Origin: Adineta vaga
Lineage: Eukaryota; Animalia; Rotifera
NCBI GenBank assembly: GCA_021613535.1
Contig: CP075497.1
Coordinates: forward strand, 8,556,001 to 8,620,000
Direction of reading: 5' to 3'
DNA length: 64,000 bases
The notes beneath the pieces are model-generated. The model worked only from the letters and a program-made list of their open reading frames with translations, searched no databases and had not been told where the DNA came from. Positions 30,410 through 44,445 of this stretch are shown one piece after another. The position numbers and the translations under genes were made by a program. Positions within the stretch are counted from its first letter, which is position 1. Each line of letters opens with the position of its first letter.

Positions 30410-31085
30410 CTAATAGCACTCTGTGATAGTGGATACTGTATTGCCTTCTCTTCTTGTTACTGTTCGACAATTTTCTTGTGAAGAGTCAGACGTATGTATA
30501 TGTATATTTTCACTTCCACCAAATAGATGTCCATCAAAACCACCAAATAGATCGGCAAAATCATAATGATTTCCATCAGAATAATAACCTACTTCTTCTT
30601 CATCATCATCGAACATTGAATCGAAATGGAAACCAAATGATTCATGATCATTATGATGAGAATGAGATGATTCAGTATCAAAATGTTGAAAGAAATCATT
30701 CATATTAAAACGAAAACCAGAAAAACCGCTCTGATCTGATGAAGATGTAAAGAATTGATGACCTTGTGTATCATATTGACGACGTTTTGTCGGATCACTT
30801 AACACATCATATGCTTCAGCCATTGCACGAAATGTTTCTTCAGCTTTAGGATCTTTATTTTTATCTGGATGGTATTGTAAAGCTATGTACAGAGAAGTTT
30901 ATCATAGAAACATAATGTTTTATAGACAAAAAAGTTTTGTTCATACCTAACTGACGAAATCGACGTTTAATTTCTTTATCAGTAGCATCTCGTTTAACAC
31001 CTAAGATTTCATAATAATCTTTTCCTGCAACTGCCATCAAACAAACAAGTAATGGAAGAAGATATATCCATATGCCAATATCCAT
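30410..31085 (-). CDS. DNAJB9: DnaJ homolog subfamily B member 9 (ERdj4), 2 exons
   Basis: Signal peptide; J-domain [25 protein letters not shown]; G/F-rich region; C-terminal [18 protein letters not shown], typical of DNAJB9. Confidence 0.9.
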
Positions 31086-31607
31086 GATTAGAAATGATTG
31101 TCGGTTAATTCTACTGAAAAAACATGATGTTATATATGACGATGGATGTTTTCGTATTTCGTTATCATCTGTTATGCTATACGTCAAACAGACGAGCTGA
31201 TGTTGCTCTTAACGATTGGTTATTATATAATGCGTGCACTACAATTTATTAAATATTTGATAATACTATTGAATAAATATTATGAAAATTGATCAATATC
31301 AGTAGAGAATATTTGAAAAAACAAATTCATTAAATAATGTTATAATTGCAAATGAGAGATGTCGCTTTAATTATAAATTCGTTTGGAATATAACTAAATT
31401 TATTTGAAAGAAATAAAAATTTACATAATAAAAATATAATTATTATCAATTGAATTTTATACAAGTTTCTCAATCGCCATTTTGTTTCTTGATCCTCTAT
31501 TATGATGTCGATTCTTTCAGACAAGTAGACTCATTTACTCAATGCGCGTTTGTTGCTATGTTCTATTTCATCGTTGAAATTCATTAATAAATCTACTACA
31601 ATTGAAA

Positions 31608-32033
31608 ATGCCACAACAAAACGATTGTTTATCATTTTCTTCCAATGTTTGTGTGTCTCATATGGATTATTCTGAAGCACAAACTATTCTGGATTTAACA
31701 ACAACAAAACAAAAACAACTTCGTCGACAACGTTCACAAATTCTATACAAACAAGTTTTACTCAATCGAACCTATACACTCGTATGTGATTTATTAGATT
31801 CTGATTGTTCTTACTCTTCTAATCCAATGTCCAAATGTCAATCTTCACCACTATTAACCATTGATATCAACAAACGGAAATTACCAACTAGTGATGATGA
31901 TAACGATGCAATAAAACCAATTGTAAAGAAATCGAAAAGTCTGATGGATAAATGTTATGATATTACAAATGATAATGATGTTTTACAATTTCTTCGTGAA
32001 TTAAATTCCGTGAAACTCACCACCAGGTATTGA
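31608..32033 (+). CDS. Intronless IER/SERTA-domain-like small nuclear protein
   Basis: SEAQTILDLTTTKQKQLRRQRSQILYKQVLLNRT resembles the IER/SERTA N-terminal motif. It also has a bipartite NLS-like KRK..KKSK and a C-terminal amphipathic helix VLQFLREL. Confidence 0.6.
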   Translation: MPQQNDCLSFSSNVCVSHMDYSEAQTILDLTTTKQKQLRRQRSQILYKQVLLNRTYTLVCDLLDSDCSYSSNPMSKCQSSPLLTIDINKRKLPTSDDDNDAIKPIVKKSKSLMDKCYDITNDNDVLQFLRELNSVKLTTRY

Positions 32034-33270
32034 AAAAAAGAGAGAAAGACATTTTTTGCTTTTTTTTGTTTGGACACTTCAGTTCTATACACATGAACTT
32101 TAGTTATGTGGATGATCATGATATGGCAATCGTTATCTTCGTTATGTAAGTCAATTGAAACAAAACAAAACATTTGTATCATTCGGTGAATGAACTTTCT
32201 TGTTTTTCCTTTTTTCTTTTCGTAACTTTATCAGATATGTTGTAGTGTTTAATAAATCAGTCCGAATATATAGAAAAGTCGGCAATGTGCCTAAAGAAAA
32301 CTGATGTTTATGATTATTGTCGATTTCCTGGTGATAAGATATGGCTGGGTAAAATATATATCTGATCAATTCAATACTTTTATTTGTTTTCTTTTTTTAA
32401 TCTTCTTCTTCTTCTTCTTCGGAGAAAAAAAAAGACAGTCAAACACAGGAGACGTCAAGTGGTGAACACAAAGATGACAAGGAAAAAGAAATCAAACCAT
32501 AAGTTTATTTTTCTTCTTATATACTTTTGTTTTTTTCCAATAGAATTGTTTTCTCACAATCTCTCTTTCTGTGTATACATATTTGACGACGAGAGATCGC
32601 TATGAGAAGGTAACGAATTCGTATTTTAGGTGTTGATCATCCAGAAGAAATGAAACACATGTGAATATAAAGAAAAATTTCTTTTTTCTTTTTTTAATGA
32701 AATAGATATTTCAAAATCAAATCAAGAATTAATATCGTATGAAATTCTTCTAATTTTATATCATTCTTCATCTCATACTTTAGGAATATGAAATCGAATT
32801 GATTGTAAAGACTCAGATTGTTTTCTTCAAAGTAAAAAAAGCAAACGGGTGAATACAAAACAAACTATTTCAGGATTTAAAAGTAATACTTTCGCTTTTG
32901 CTAGAAGATACTAAATCATTAACAGCTTGAGAAAAGGAAAAACAATATATTTGTCATTTATACAAATATAGATAAACGATTCAGTTCTATGAAATTTCAA
33001 GGTCTATGTATTATCAGCTTGAAAACAAGAGATAAACAATGATTTACATATTCTCATAGAAGTATTCGAAACAGAATTATTATTCCAACTGGAATTCTAT
33101 GAAAATATTCTTTGTAATTTTTCATGTCTTTTCTTTTATCTAATAAATAATCAATAAATGAATGGTAATAATCGCTTTTTTTGTCAATCTAATCATCTCC
33201 TACTGATCCATTTTTGTGTAAAATAAAGATTTTCAAAATAAATCTTTGTCATACTGTGAAACAGACGAAC

Positions 33271-33294
33271 AGTTAGTTAGTTAGTTAGTTAGTT
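33271..33294. repeat. (AGTT)6 microsatellite in TMEM26 5' region
   Basis: Direct read. Confidence 0.9.
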
Positions 33295-33311
33295 GATCAG
33301 ATTTCATCAAT

Positions 33312-35259
33312 ATGAATGCACCATTAAGACGTGTTCGTCATAGTATTGATACACTAGTAAGTTAGAAAGATCATTTGAAACTTCAATAAAGATCAATGGA
33401 ATTTCTTCGTAGCAAAAGAATATTTATGAGTATCATCATGCTTCCAATCTCTCCCTATCAACGAATGAAATAAAACCATTACAACGATGTCAAAAAATCA
33501 TTGATTTAATCGAAGAATCATGTACAATAATTCAAGCCTTATTTGTTCGTTTTATATTTATTCTTTCGACTATAATTGCTGTTTGGCGACTTGTAGAAGA
33601 AACACATCAAACTAACTATTGGTATTTACTTTTATTACTTATTTTTCTTCTTATTGAAACATATGCAACTGTTTATACACGAAAAGGATATGAATACAAA
33701 TGGTAAGTGAGATCATTTCTCCAATTATTTTCTTTTGTATATACTGAAAAACATCCGAAAAGGTTCTGCCCGTCAGCACTTGCATATTTACTTGCTATTG
33801 TACCATGTATATGGTTGTTAGAATTAAACCAAAGTTATAATTCATTATTAGTATCAAATCAAACACAAATATCACTAATATTTCCAGATCAACCCGAATT
33901 TTTAACGACAACAACAGTAACATCATATATTCCTTATGTTGATGAAGATGCGAGTAATTCAAATGAAACAAGTTTTTTCGATATATTTGAATTTATGAGA
34001 CGAAGAAAACGTTCTCTTTCAACAACATTAGCAATAACATCAACAACAACAATAACAACAACAACCACCAAAAAACAAGATCTACTAATTGAAGATGTTT
34101 TAAGAACTACACAAGATATTCTTACAAAAGTAAAATCTACTGATGAGTTAAAATCAACTATGATGCACTCGTTTCAAAGAAAAAGAAAAGGCAGATTTGA
34201 TTTATCTGTATGTGATTTCCTCTTGACAGAAATCATCAAAACATCATCGTTTTCTTTTTTCTTCAAAAAAAAACTCGATTTCCGTCTATTTATCATTCAT
34301 AGTAAATTGCATAAAGAATTAGAACTGCGGATGACACGTATGATTTGTTTGAGTTCGATGTTAAATGTCAAAATGGAACGTATAAATATAAAAAGATTGA
34401 AAATATCGAGAAAGTATGGCTGTGCGTGGAAATATAGTTTAATTGTCTCAACTGTACTGACATTCGCATGCTGAAATTTACTCCTACTTCATTCGTTTTC
34501 GAAAGATTTTTTGTTTTAGTTAAATAAGCATTTAACGATCAGAGAATGGCATATGATTATCGAACAAATGACCTTGCTTGTACTTATTTTAAGTCGTTGG
34601 TTATTACCAAAAGGTGAAATGACTCGTGAAGAACTATCTCAATTACTATTGGTAAAAATAAAGAAATGATTATTTAATATGAATCGATTTTTTTTTGTTA
34701 TTAGGTTTATATCGGTATTGCTGCGGATATAATTGAATTTTTCGAAGTTTTCAAAGAGCATGAAGTAGAATTAAGAAAAAAGAAAAGAAGTTCTTTGTCA
34801 AATCGATTTTCTTCTTTTTTTAAGGTTCGAACTAATATTAAACTAAGTGTATTAGTACTTCTTCTATGGACATTAAGTTTATTACAATTTTGTCTAGCAT
34901 TTACAATCTCGCGTGGTCGGAAAAGTCGTTTTGTGATCAAAGAAGAACAAGAAAGACGATTCTTTTGTAGTCCATCAGATTTCTGGGGCATGTTAATGTC
35001 ATTATTTCTTCAGGATATTCCATTTTTTTGTTTTCGTGCTGTACTTATCTTCCAACATCATATTCTCTCGTATTCAACCGTATTTTTTACATCAAAAAAT
35101 GGTTTAATTATTATTCTTCAATGGTATCGTATCACTGTTATCTTAGCAACAACAATATCTCAAGAACGACAACATCATGGAGAATTGATTCAAGTTATCC
35201 GAATGAATACGAATGGAAAACGATCTCATTCGAATGAGAATAACCGTTTTAGTGTATAA
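33312..35259 (+). CDS. TMEM26: Transmembrane protein 26-like, multi-exon
   Basis: [98 protein letters not shown]. Confidence 0.88.
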
Positions 35260-38204
35260 AAATTGATTAGAAATAAAAATGACATTGATAAAGAAGATAG
35301 TTAGCATTTGTTTATTCCTGTGTGTCGATTAAATCAACAAGAGAAAAAGAAAATTAGATGATTTATCTATTAATAAAGTTTACACTCGAAAATGAAAAAA
35401 AAAACTATGAATTTAATAAGATCATATCGAAACTATCGAACAAGTTGTAGTATATAAATTGATTTGTTTTTTTCTTTTTCCTCTAGTGTTATCTGTCTAG
35501 ATCTATCTGAGTGTTTTTTAACGAAATGATTGATGAGTCAATCAAAAACATCTGTCAGAGTTTTATATAACGATTATGAATAGAACTGTCTGGAGTTAAT
35601 CATCTAGAAATTGTTTTGAAGTTCATCGAATGGAGAGCATTTCGAGAGAGAGAGAAAAACAATCTTTCCGCTAGGTAACATCGATTAAATTAATGGTAAA
35701 TTGAAATTTTCAATCGAGACTATAAAGTCATTTCCGGACTTTTGTTGATAATTAAAAATAAGCCTGTTATTATCATCATTAATAGTGAAAATCCATCATC
35801 AGGTAATCTTTTCATCAAATATGTGAAATGATAAGAAGCATAGTTAATCATGCTTTTATTCTTGTCGTCGTCGGATAATTGATTTCTTGTCGAATAAGAC
35901 ACAGAGACAAATATAAGTAGAAATCAAAAAGAAAAAAAAGAAAGAAAGAAAAAGGAAAAAGAAAAATTTTCATGAACCAACTTGATCTTCAATTGAAAAT
36001 ATTGAATAAGTTTTTTTTCTGTTTGACATCGATACAAAAATAATCTACTTTTGCTTGTTTTCATCAATCAAATCTCGATTGGAACCGTTAATTGAATTCT
36101 CCTTCTGTATGAATATCTGTATAAGATATTAATATAATTAATGATTAATCCGAGATCAATTTGAAGTTATATGTCAACATCTAAGCAATTGTTACTATGA
36201 GTCGAGAGTTTGCGTTTTTTTTATACATAGTTCTTTGACATTGACAATGGACATATAGAGGCTACTGTTACATTACAGCTGTCGACGATAATGAAATGTC
36301 TCTTGAATATCTTTATAGACCTTGAAACCCTTGAGAATACAAATTTGACATCAATCCGAATAAATGATTAAAAAAAAATTAATTAGTTATCGGTGTTTTC
36401 TTCTTAACAAGAGACAGGTTGTTGGTATCTAGTTTAAGATCGATAGGAGAGAGAGATGTATCAGGATGTTTTCATCAGGTGAACATTTACATTAATTCTT
36501 ATACTTTTGAGATATTCAATTAATCAAATAACAACTATATCTTTGATCTTTCAAGTAAGATTGATAATTTCAAGTGTTCGAGAAGTATTGATATTTGTTT
36601 ATTAATTGAATTTTTTTCTCGAATGACATTTCCTTGAAATGAGAAACCAACGATGACTTATCAGAAATCAATTACTTTAACAGATTGCAACAATCAATGT
36701 GATTGCTTCTGATTTCATTTCTTTTGTTACACCATTCATCTTATTTCTGTAGATTTATTTATTGATTATCAAATGTCGATTTCTTCTTCTCAATGCTTAT
36801 CTCAAAGAATTAGTCGAGCATTGCAATCAATCGAACGAAAGCAATAGCACTGAAGGAGGTCTCCTTCCAATGTTGTTGCTTATTACTTTGACTAGTAAAA
36901 GAGAAGAGCAGAAAAAAATGGAAAGAGCAGAAGAATACCAGGATGAAGCGAAAGAAAAAGTGCGAGAAAAGAATGACAATAATACTACCAAAGGCAGACA
37001 AACAACGTTCGTGCAAACGGCTAATACATACAAACACACAAGTGTAAAACAGAAGCATCGAAGCAGTGGGTTTGATTTCTATGTATCAGAATAGACGGTA
37101 AATATTGAATGAGATATGGGAAGAGAAATTTTCGAGAAATTTTCATTTCTGAATCTAATAAGAGCGTGTCTTCTTTATAAATTATGAATGCATCATTGAC
37201 AAATCTGAACTATTCATTTGCTTTCGATAAGATGTCTTCAGTACTCTTGAAAACTCTTCTGATTAATGTGTATGCATGTGTATCTTTCTTTTTCCTTTTC
37301 TCTCTCTCTCTCTCTCTTTCTCTTTCGTTCCCATCATCATTTATCATTGCTAACACCAAATTTGATGTCAAAATATAAGAAAGATCGAATTGATTTGCGA
37401 TAAATGACAATTGTTTGACTACGGATACGTTAATTGATCTCTATCTTGTCATTTTCCTCTTTTTTCGTCCTCCACACGTCCAAGTCAAGTTGCAATCTAT
37501 TCATTCATTGTTGAAAGACATACATGTCCCTTATATCTCATACTTTTACAAGCATATATTGAAGGAAATTGTTCCATCATTCGTACGATGACGACCACAA
37601 TCTATTGTTATCTGAGCAAGAGAGAATGCAAGAACTTCGTGCATTGCATTATTTTAAAAATCATCATCTTCACCACCAGTAGTAGCAAAAGACACACAGC
37701 ATGCGCGCACAACCAGCAAATATTGATTGAAGGCGACAATTCTTTTTCGCTTCGGTCTCATTCTCTCCTTCTCTTTCTCTCTCTCTCTCTCCTCGTTTTG
37801 CCTTTCTAAAACCAAACTATCGTCTTCATTTCTTTCTCCCTTCAGCCTTTTCATCTTCTTCTCGTTTTGCTTGTCGATATCTACGGATAAGATCGTCTCT
37901 TATACTATGGCAATGCAATTCGCTCGATGTCATTGATGGTAGACTGGCATATAGATCATGCTCGTTATATGGCATGGCAATAAGATGTTAGTTTGTAATC
38001 CACTATCAGACAGAAGTAGAAACAGCAGGAAAAATTGTTCCCTTGTCGATTGATATTATTCCGACATTTAGAAAAAAATGCGACTATATTCCACCTCTGC
38101 TTTGCCTCTGGTCTCTGACTCAAAAATATCTTGAAGATAGGAGAGATAGAGCGTTCCTCTCTCTCTCTACATCTCTCCCTCTCCTCTTCATATCTTGTGC
38201 CTGT

Positions 38205-38244
38205 TATCATCATCATCATCATCATCATTATTATTATTATCATC
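38205..38244. repeat. (CAT)n/(TAT)n trinucleotide repeat, probably in an NCX 5'UTR exon
   Basis: Direct read; a GTAAGC donor follows at ~38402. Confidence 0.8.
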
Positions 38245-39126
38245 AACAATGTTGTTTTGTCTTGTTGTTGTTGTTTTTGTTGTTATCAGCATCTTACAAT
38301 TTAGTATTGCTAACCAATCTGGAAGATAACTGTTGTTAATACTACTACAAGCACATCACATTTCTTGTTTTTGTTGTTCTCGATGACATTAGACAGAATA
38401 CGTAAGCTGTATGAGATTAGTCTTGTATTTTTTTATTGATAAGTATATATGATTGTTCGAAGACTTCATTATTACTATATTAGATTTTGATAGCAAAAGT
38501 TATTTGTCATATTTTCTTGTCTGTTGTAATGTAGATACATTGTTGATAATGAATGGATTTTTAGATGGATAAAAATAGTAAGAAAAGGAAGTATAGGCAT
38601 TAAGATAATCCTCCAATGAACAGCAAATGAGTAAATAAATGAAGGATTGAATGAATGAATGACACATAGACTTTATACAGGAAAAAAGAAAAAGAGGTAA
38701 GTGCTATGCGTGTTTTTAGTTTCACTCATATCTATGAGTGTATGAGTGCGTTTCTTGCTAAATCAATTGAGTGGCAGTAGAGTGGCACTGTTGATAATGT
38801 TTGCTGATTGAATTCTCGATTTGTTGCTCTCACTACCGCAACTATTGCCTGATTTTCTTTTCTTTATGTTTTGTCGTTTCTTCTTTTTTTTCTCTCGCTC
38901 TCTCGCGTTTTTTTTACCGTCGACAATCTAGTTGTCATTGTTCCGGATGAAAATATATTTCCTCTTGTTGATATTATAAAATTCGAGAAGTCCAACAAAA
39001 TGACTTTTACTATTGAATTTTGTATTCCATTATTTCTAATTCATCATTGCATTAAAATAAAACTTCTCTCTCTCTCTCTTTTTTTAAGGATGTGAGCCGA
39101 ACATTTTTTACTTCACATCATTCATA

Positions 39127-42100
39127 ATGCATTCGTATTGTCATATAGTATTATTAGTGACTATATTTGTATTATTCAATCTCATTTACGGAACATCGAC
39201 TCTTCCTCAGTATAATGTTTCATCGTCATCCGCACAAACATGCTCAAAAATTCGTACAAATTGTGTACAGGACGGTTTAATAATTCCTCTATGGCGTCCT
39301 CAAGTTGAAATATCTATTGGTGATAGAATCTCTCGTGCTATTGTATATCTTCTAGCACTTATTTATTTATTTATTGGTGTTGCTATTATATCAGATCGTT
39401 TTATGGCTTCTATTGAAGTTATTACATCACAAAAACGTGAAATTCGAAAGAAAAATCCCGATGGAACAGTATCCGTAACGACAGTAGCAATTTGGAATGA
39501 AACTGTATCAAATTTAACTTTGATGGCATTAGGTTCGTCTGCACCTGAAATTCTTCTCTCCATCATTGAAGTTGTTGGTAAAAACTTTCACAGTGGAGAA
39601 CTTGGTCCCGGTACAATTGTTGGTTCAGCAGCATTTAACTTATTCGTTATTATTGCTATATGTATTTTATGTATACCTACCGGTGAAGTTCGTCGTATAC
39701 GTCATCAACGTGTTTTTTTTGTAACGACTGCTTGGTCAATTTTTGCCTATATATGGTTATGGGCAATAGTAACGAAAATTTCTCCAGGTTATATCGAAGT
39801 GTGGGAAGGCACACTAACTTTCTTATTTTTTCCATTGACTGTTTTCTCAGCATATATTGTTGATACAAAAGTCGGTCAATTCATCCGTATACGTATTACA
39901 TCACAGAAACAAGTTCTACAATTAGAAAATCATTCGTCAGCACCTCTACCTCTTACATTAGATACTTTAAATAATATGGATGATAATGAACAAAAACTAA
40001 TGATCGATAGTGATGTAAAAACATTACCATCAGCAAATTTGAATGAAATCCGTGGAAGAAAATCAACTTCAACAAAAAAATCTATCTCAGGTGGTGTATT
40101 AGATCAATTAGGCAGTACAACAACTGGAATTGATGATAGTGCTATTGCTGATCATATTGAAACACAAAGAAGGCACGAATTTATTGATATATGGCGAGAA
40201 TTACGTAAACAATATCCTAATCATGATATGCATACATTGAATGATATGGCTGCAGTTGAAATGATGAATCGTGTACCAAAATCACGAGGTAATTTTCATG
40301 GTAGATTTCACAAGAATTTTAAAAATAAATCTTTTCTTTTCTTAGCATATTATCGTATACAAGCAACAAAACGTTTAGGTGGCGGTGGAAATCTCAAAAA
40401 GAAATTCTTAGAGAAATTAAATGAACCTGATGAATTAGCTCTGTCAGAAAAAGAACAATTGATTCATAATGCTACGTCACATATTAGTAAAATACGATTT
40501 GAACCGAATCATTATACAGTTTTAGAAAATGCTGGTTATGTCACCTTACATGTCTTACGCAGTGATGGAAATTTACGAAATACTGTTTATGTTGATTATT
40601 CAACCGAAGATGGAACAGCAACAAATGGAGCGGATTATGAACCTGCTGAAGGCACTTTAATCTTTCATCCCTTAGAAACACACAAACAAATTCAAATAAA
40701 AATTATTGATGACGATATTTTTGAAGAAGGTTAGCAATGAAAATTTCTTTCTTTCGTTTTTCTTCATCATTGTTTTCTTTCTCTTTTTTAGATGAACATT
40801 TCTCCGTCAAATTAAGTAATTTAAAAATTAAAGATAATCAAGGACGTTTAACTCCTGGAATCTTTGATAAAAGCGTACAACTAGTTGAACCATCTACAGC
40901 AGTAGTTATGATTATTGATGATGATCATTCTGGCATGTTTTTACTCGAAAATGATGAAAGAACAGTCATTGAATCTGATCGTTCTATTGAGATCAAAGTT
41001 CTACGAACATCTGGTGCCCGTGGTCGTGTACGTGTACCCTTCAAAACAGAAGATGAAACAGCTGTACATGAACGAGATTATATTGCAAGTGCGGGTGAAG
41101 TGATATTTGAAAATAATGAAAATGAGTATGTATAAATAGAAATATTCCGGTTAGATATGCTTTTAAGAATCCGAGTTACATGTCTGACAAATATTATGTC
41201 AACAAAATTGGTGTTGCACAAACGAGAATCGACTAATTGCACGATTGCCAGAGGATAAATTGAGCTTTGCTTTTTCTTTTTTGTCGTTTAGAAAAATAAG
41301 GTTTTCTTCTCTTCGAATCGGAAAAGATAAATGCATAAATATCCTTTCTTTTGTTATTTATAGAAAAACGATTACAATTGAAATTATTGATCGAGATCAA
41401 TATCAACGAAATGAAACATTTCTTGTACGATTGGAAGAACCAGAATTAATCATCGAGGAAACTGAAAATGAAAAACCAGGCAACTACTTATTTTATTAGA
41501 ATTGACATTCTTAACGAGATCTTTTCCTTTTAATAGAGATGACGGAAGAAGAACGTTTGATTGCTGAATTGGGTAAACCTAAATTAGGTGATAAACAAGT
41601 AATTCGTGTTCGAATTCGTGAAAGCAAAGAATTTAAAGTAGAAAAAAAAATGATATTTTTATATTCGAATTCATCTTTTTTTTCTCTCCCTCTCTCTCTC
41701 TAAAAGAACGCTGTTGATAAAGCATTATACAAAGCAAATACAGCTATTCTTGTTGGTACATCAACTTGGTTAGAACAATTTAAACAAGCTTTTAATCCTA
41801 AAGGTATTTAAAATTAGAAGAAAATCCGTTAGATTGATTTTGTTTATTTTAGATGGTGACGATGACGATGATGACGAAGCAGGTGATTCCAAAGGTGATA
41901 CAGATGCACCTGCAACATGTAAAGATTATCTCTTACACTTCATAACCTTCTTTTGGAAATTTCTATTTGCGTTTGTTCCACCAACGAGTAAGCAACTTGT
42001 TTTCTTTGTCGGACAGAAGGACACATAAGAAATCATTTGGCAAATAGGTATTGCTGGTGGATGGGTTTGTTTTTGTGTATCAATTTTAATTATTGGAGCG

Positions 42101-42693
42101 TTAACTGCGGTTATCGGTGATTTAGCAACACATGTAAAAAGATATAATTATAATTGATGTTTTGTTTTTCTATCATTAGTTTTTGTTTCTAGTTCGGTTG
42201 TACGGTTGGTCTCACAGATACAATGACAGCTATTGCTTTTGTTGCATTAGGAACCTCATTACCAGGTAGAGGATAGAAAAATTATTATTGAAGTTATTGA
42301 ATATTTCTATTTTTAGATACATTTGCATCGAAAGTAGCTGCTGAAAACGATAAATATGCTGATAGTTCGATAGGAAATGTTAATGGATCGAATGCTGTCA
42401 ACGTTTTCTTAGGTATTGGTTTACCATGGGCTATATCAGCATGGTACCATTATTTTAAAGAAACTAGATTTGAAGTGGAAAAAGGTTCACTAGCCTTTAG
42501 TGTTACTTTATTTTGTTCGTTTGCAGCAGTTGCTGTCATTATTTTAATGATCAGACGTTTGAAAGTTTTTGGTGGAGGTGAATTAGGTGGTCCAACGAAA
42601 TTTCGTCTCATCTCCAGTTTTCTATTCTTGTCACTTTGGATTGCTTATTTGGTATTGAGTGGTCTTGAAAACTATTGTCATATTAATGTTTAA
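39127..42693 (+). CDS. SLC8A: Na+/Ca2+ exchanger (NCX/CalX, SLC8 family), multi-exon
   Basis: Signal peptide; alpha-1 repeat NLTLMALGSSAPEILL; two Calx-beta domains (IIDDDIFEEDEHF, IIDDDHSG, RTSGARG); alpha-2 repeat VALGTSLPDTFASK; C-terminal GGELGGP. Confidence 0.97.
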
Positions 42694-42887
42694 AAACATT
42701 CATGTCTTTCCGTCAAATGCACGCGAGTGTATGTGGGAGTTTCTCTTCTCTCTTTCTTTCTTTCTTTCTTTTTTTCATATGTCGGTATATAATTTATTTT
42801 TTTCTCTCTGTTTGTTTATTGTCTCATTTTTACACATAAAAATAATAATAATAGAACAGAACGGTGCATACTAGATAGTTGAAGTTA

Positions 42888-44445
42888 TTAGATTTTAAGT
42901 GGTTCGATTTCACCAGATGTACTAGGAGCTTCTTTTGCTTCAGATATTTCTTCGCTTAATTCACGAGTTGTTTTACTCAAGGTATCAACAGATCCATGAT
43001 GAACTGCTTTTTTTGATTTCGAACATTTTCGATAGATAAATTTACAAAGAAGAATAACATGAAATGGCTGAGCTGATAGATACGCAACAATGAGAGGAAT
43101 AACAGAAGCTTGACTATTTTCGGGTGCTGGAAATGAATAAAGTAATACCATAAATGCAACACCAACATTTTGAATACCTTAAAACGAAAGGTTTTTCTTT
43201 TTATCAAATTCAAAATTTGCAATAATATTACCTGTCTCTATTCCAATCGTTTTAATTCGTGACCAATCTTGTCCACAAATCCAAGCAAATACACCACCTA
43301 ATAGAAAGCCTGCCAAGGTAAAAGAGGTGCTGACAATGCTGTTCGTAAATCAAGATATCGAAAGAGATAATAATTAACGAAAGCACCAAAAACAAAGAAA
43401 TAAATCATCAAGATTAATAACATTGGTTTGAAAATACGTGTTACAATTGGTTTTAATTTTGGAATACAATAAACAAGAAGCATACCAAGTGCAAGAGGAC
43501 CGATAACTGTCAATAATGTTTGTGCTAAATTTAGAAATGGTATATGAATTTTTAATTCATTTAAATAAGCACGTTCTCCAAGTGTATATAACCAAAATGG
43601 CAGCATAAAAAATGATGCAACAGTCGATGCAAATGACATAAATGCTGATAGATTTAGATCACCATCGAATAATACTGTCCATTGATTGGATGCCCATCCA
43701 CCGGGACAACATCCAACAACGAATAAACCTAGACCATAGAGTGGTTCATAATGAAAAATCTTTGTTATACCAAAAGCTATAAGTGGCATAAGACCATATT
43801 GACAAACAAAACCTATACAAACTTGTATTGGTCGACGAATTAATTCTTTCAATACTTCTATGTCTAATAAAACTCCCATTTGTATTGAAATAAACATAAT
43901 AATAAATGGAATGAGACCTTTGAATATTTTATCAATTAAACGACGTGGTTGGTTGACTATTACAACAATCGAACACTTAATACGATAAATACGATTTTTT
44001 GTATTGATCATTTGAATTGAATAATTAATCGTTGTTCGATTAATATAATTAGCATGTATTTGTAAATTATAAATAAGTATTGATTCATTTTTAGATACTA
44101 CTAATAGAATTTATAAATATAAAAGAAAAACAGGTTAATTATTAATATTTATTTACTTTTTGTATTATTTGATATATGTAAAACATCATCAATTCGATGG
44201 TGATCATTGTAGAATGAAGCTACTTTTCGATCATTGATCCACGACGATATATGAACTGTATGAATATTCAATCGTTGAAGATGAGTTCGATTCAATTGTA
44301 TATGTATAATGCGTGTTGAAAATAATGGTATTACGTAAGTATCATTAACACATCGAGATGTTTTATTAGAAGTAATCGACTGATTTCGACATTCAAGTAG
44401 AGAAATAGATGTTATAAATATGAATAAAACGATGGATGGGATCAT
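42888..44445 (-). CDS. SLC10 (bile acid:Na+ symporter family, P3/SLC10A3-like) transporter; apparent 1-nt frameshift near 43313
   Basis: Signal peptide and long ectodomain; IGFVCQYGLMPL, GCCPGGWASN..DGDLNLSAFMS, TIGIETG|IQN. The frame breaks at PW-(x)-GFLLGG. Confidence 0.88.

Noticed and set aside
36762-38339. 110-aa charged ORF and poly-His/Tyr ORF upstream of NCX
   Set aside because: Purine tracts and the (CAT)n repeat explain the open frames; non-ATG starts; probably promoter/5'UTR.
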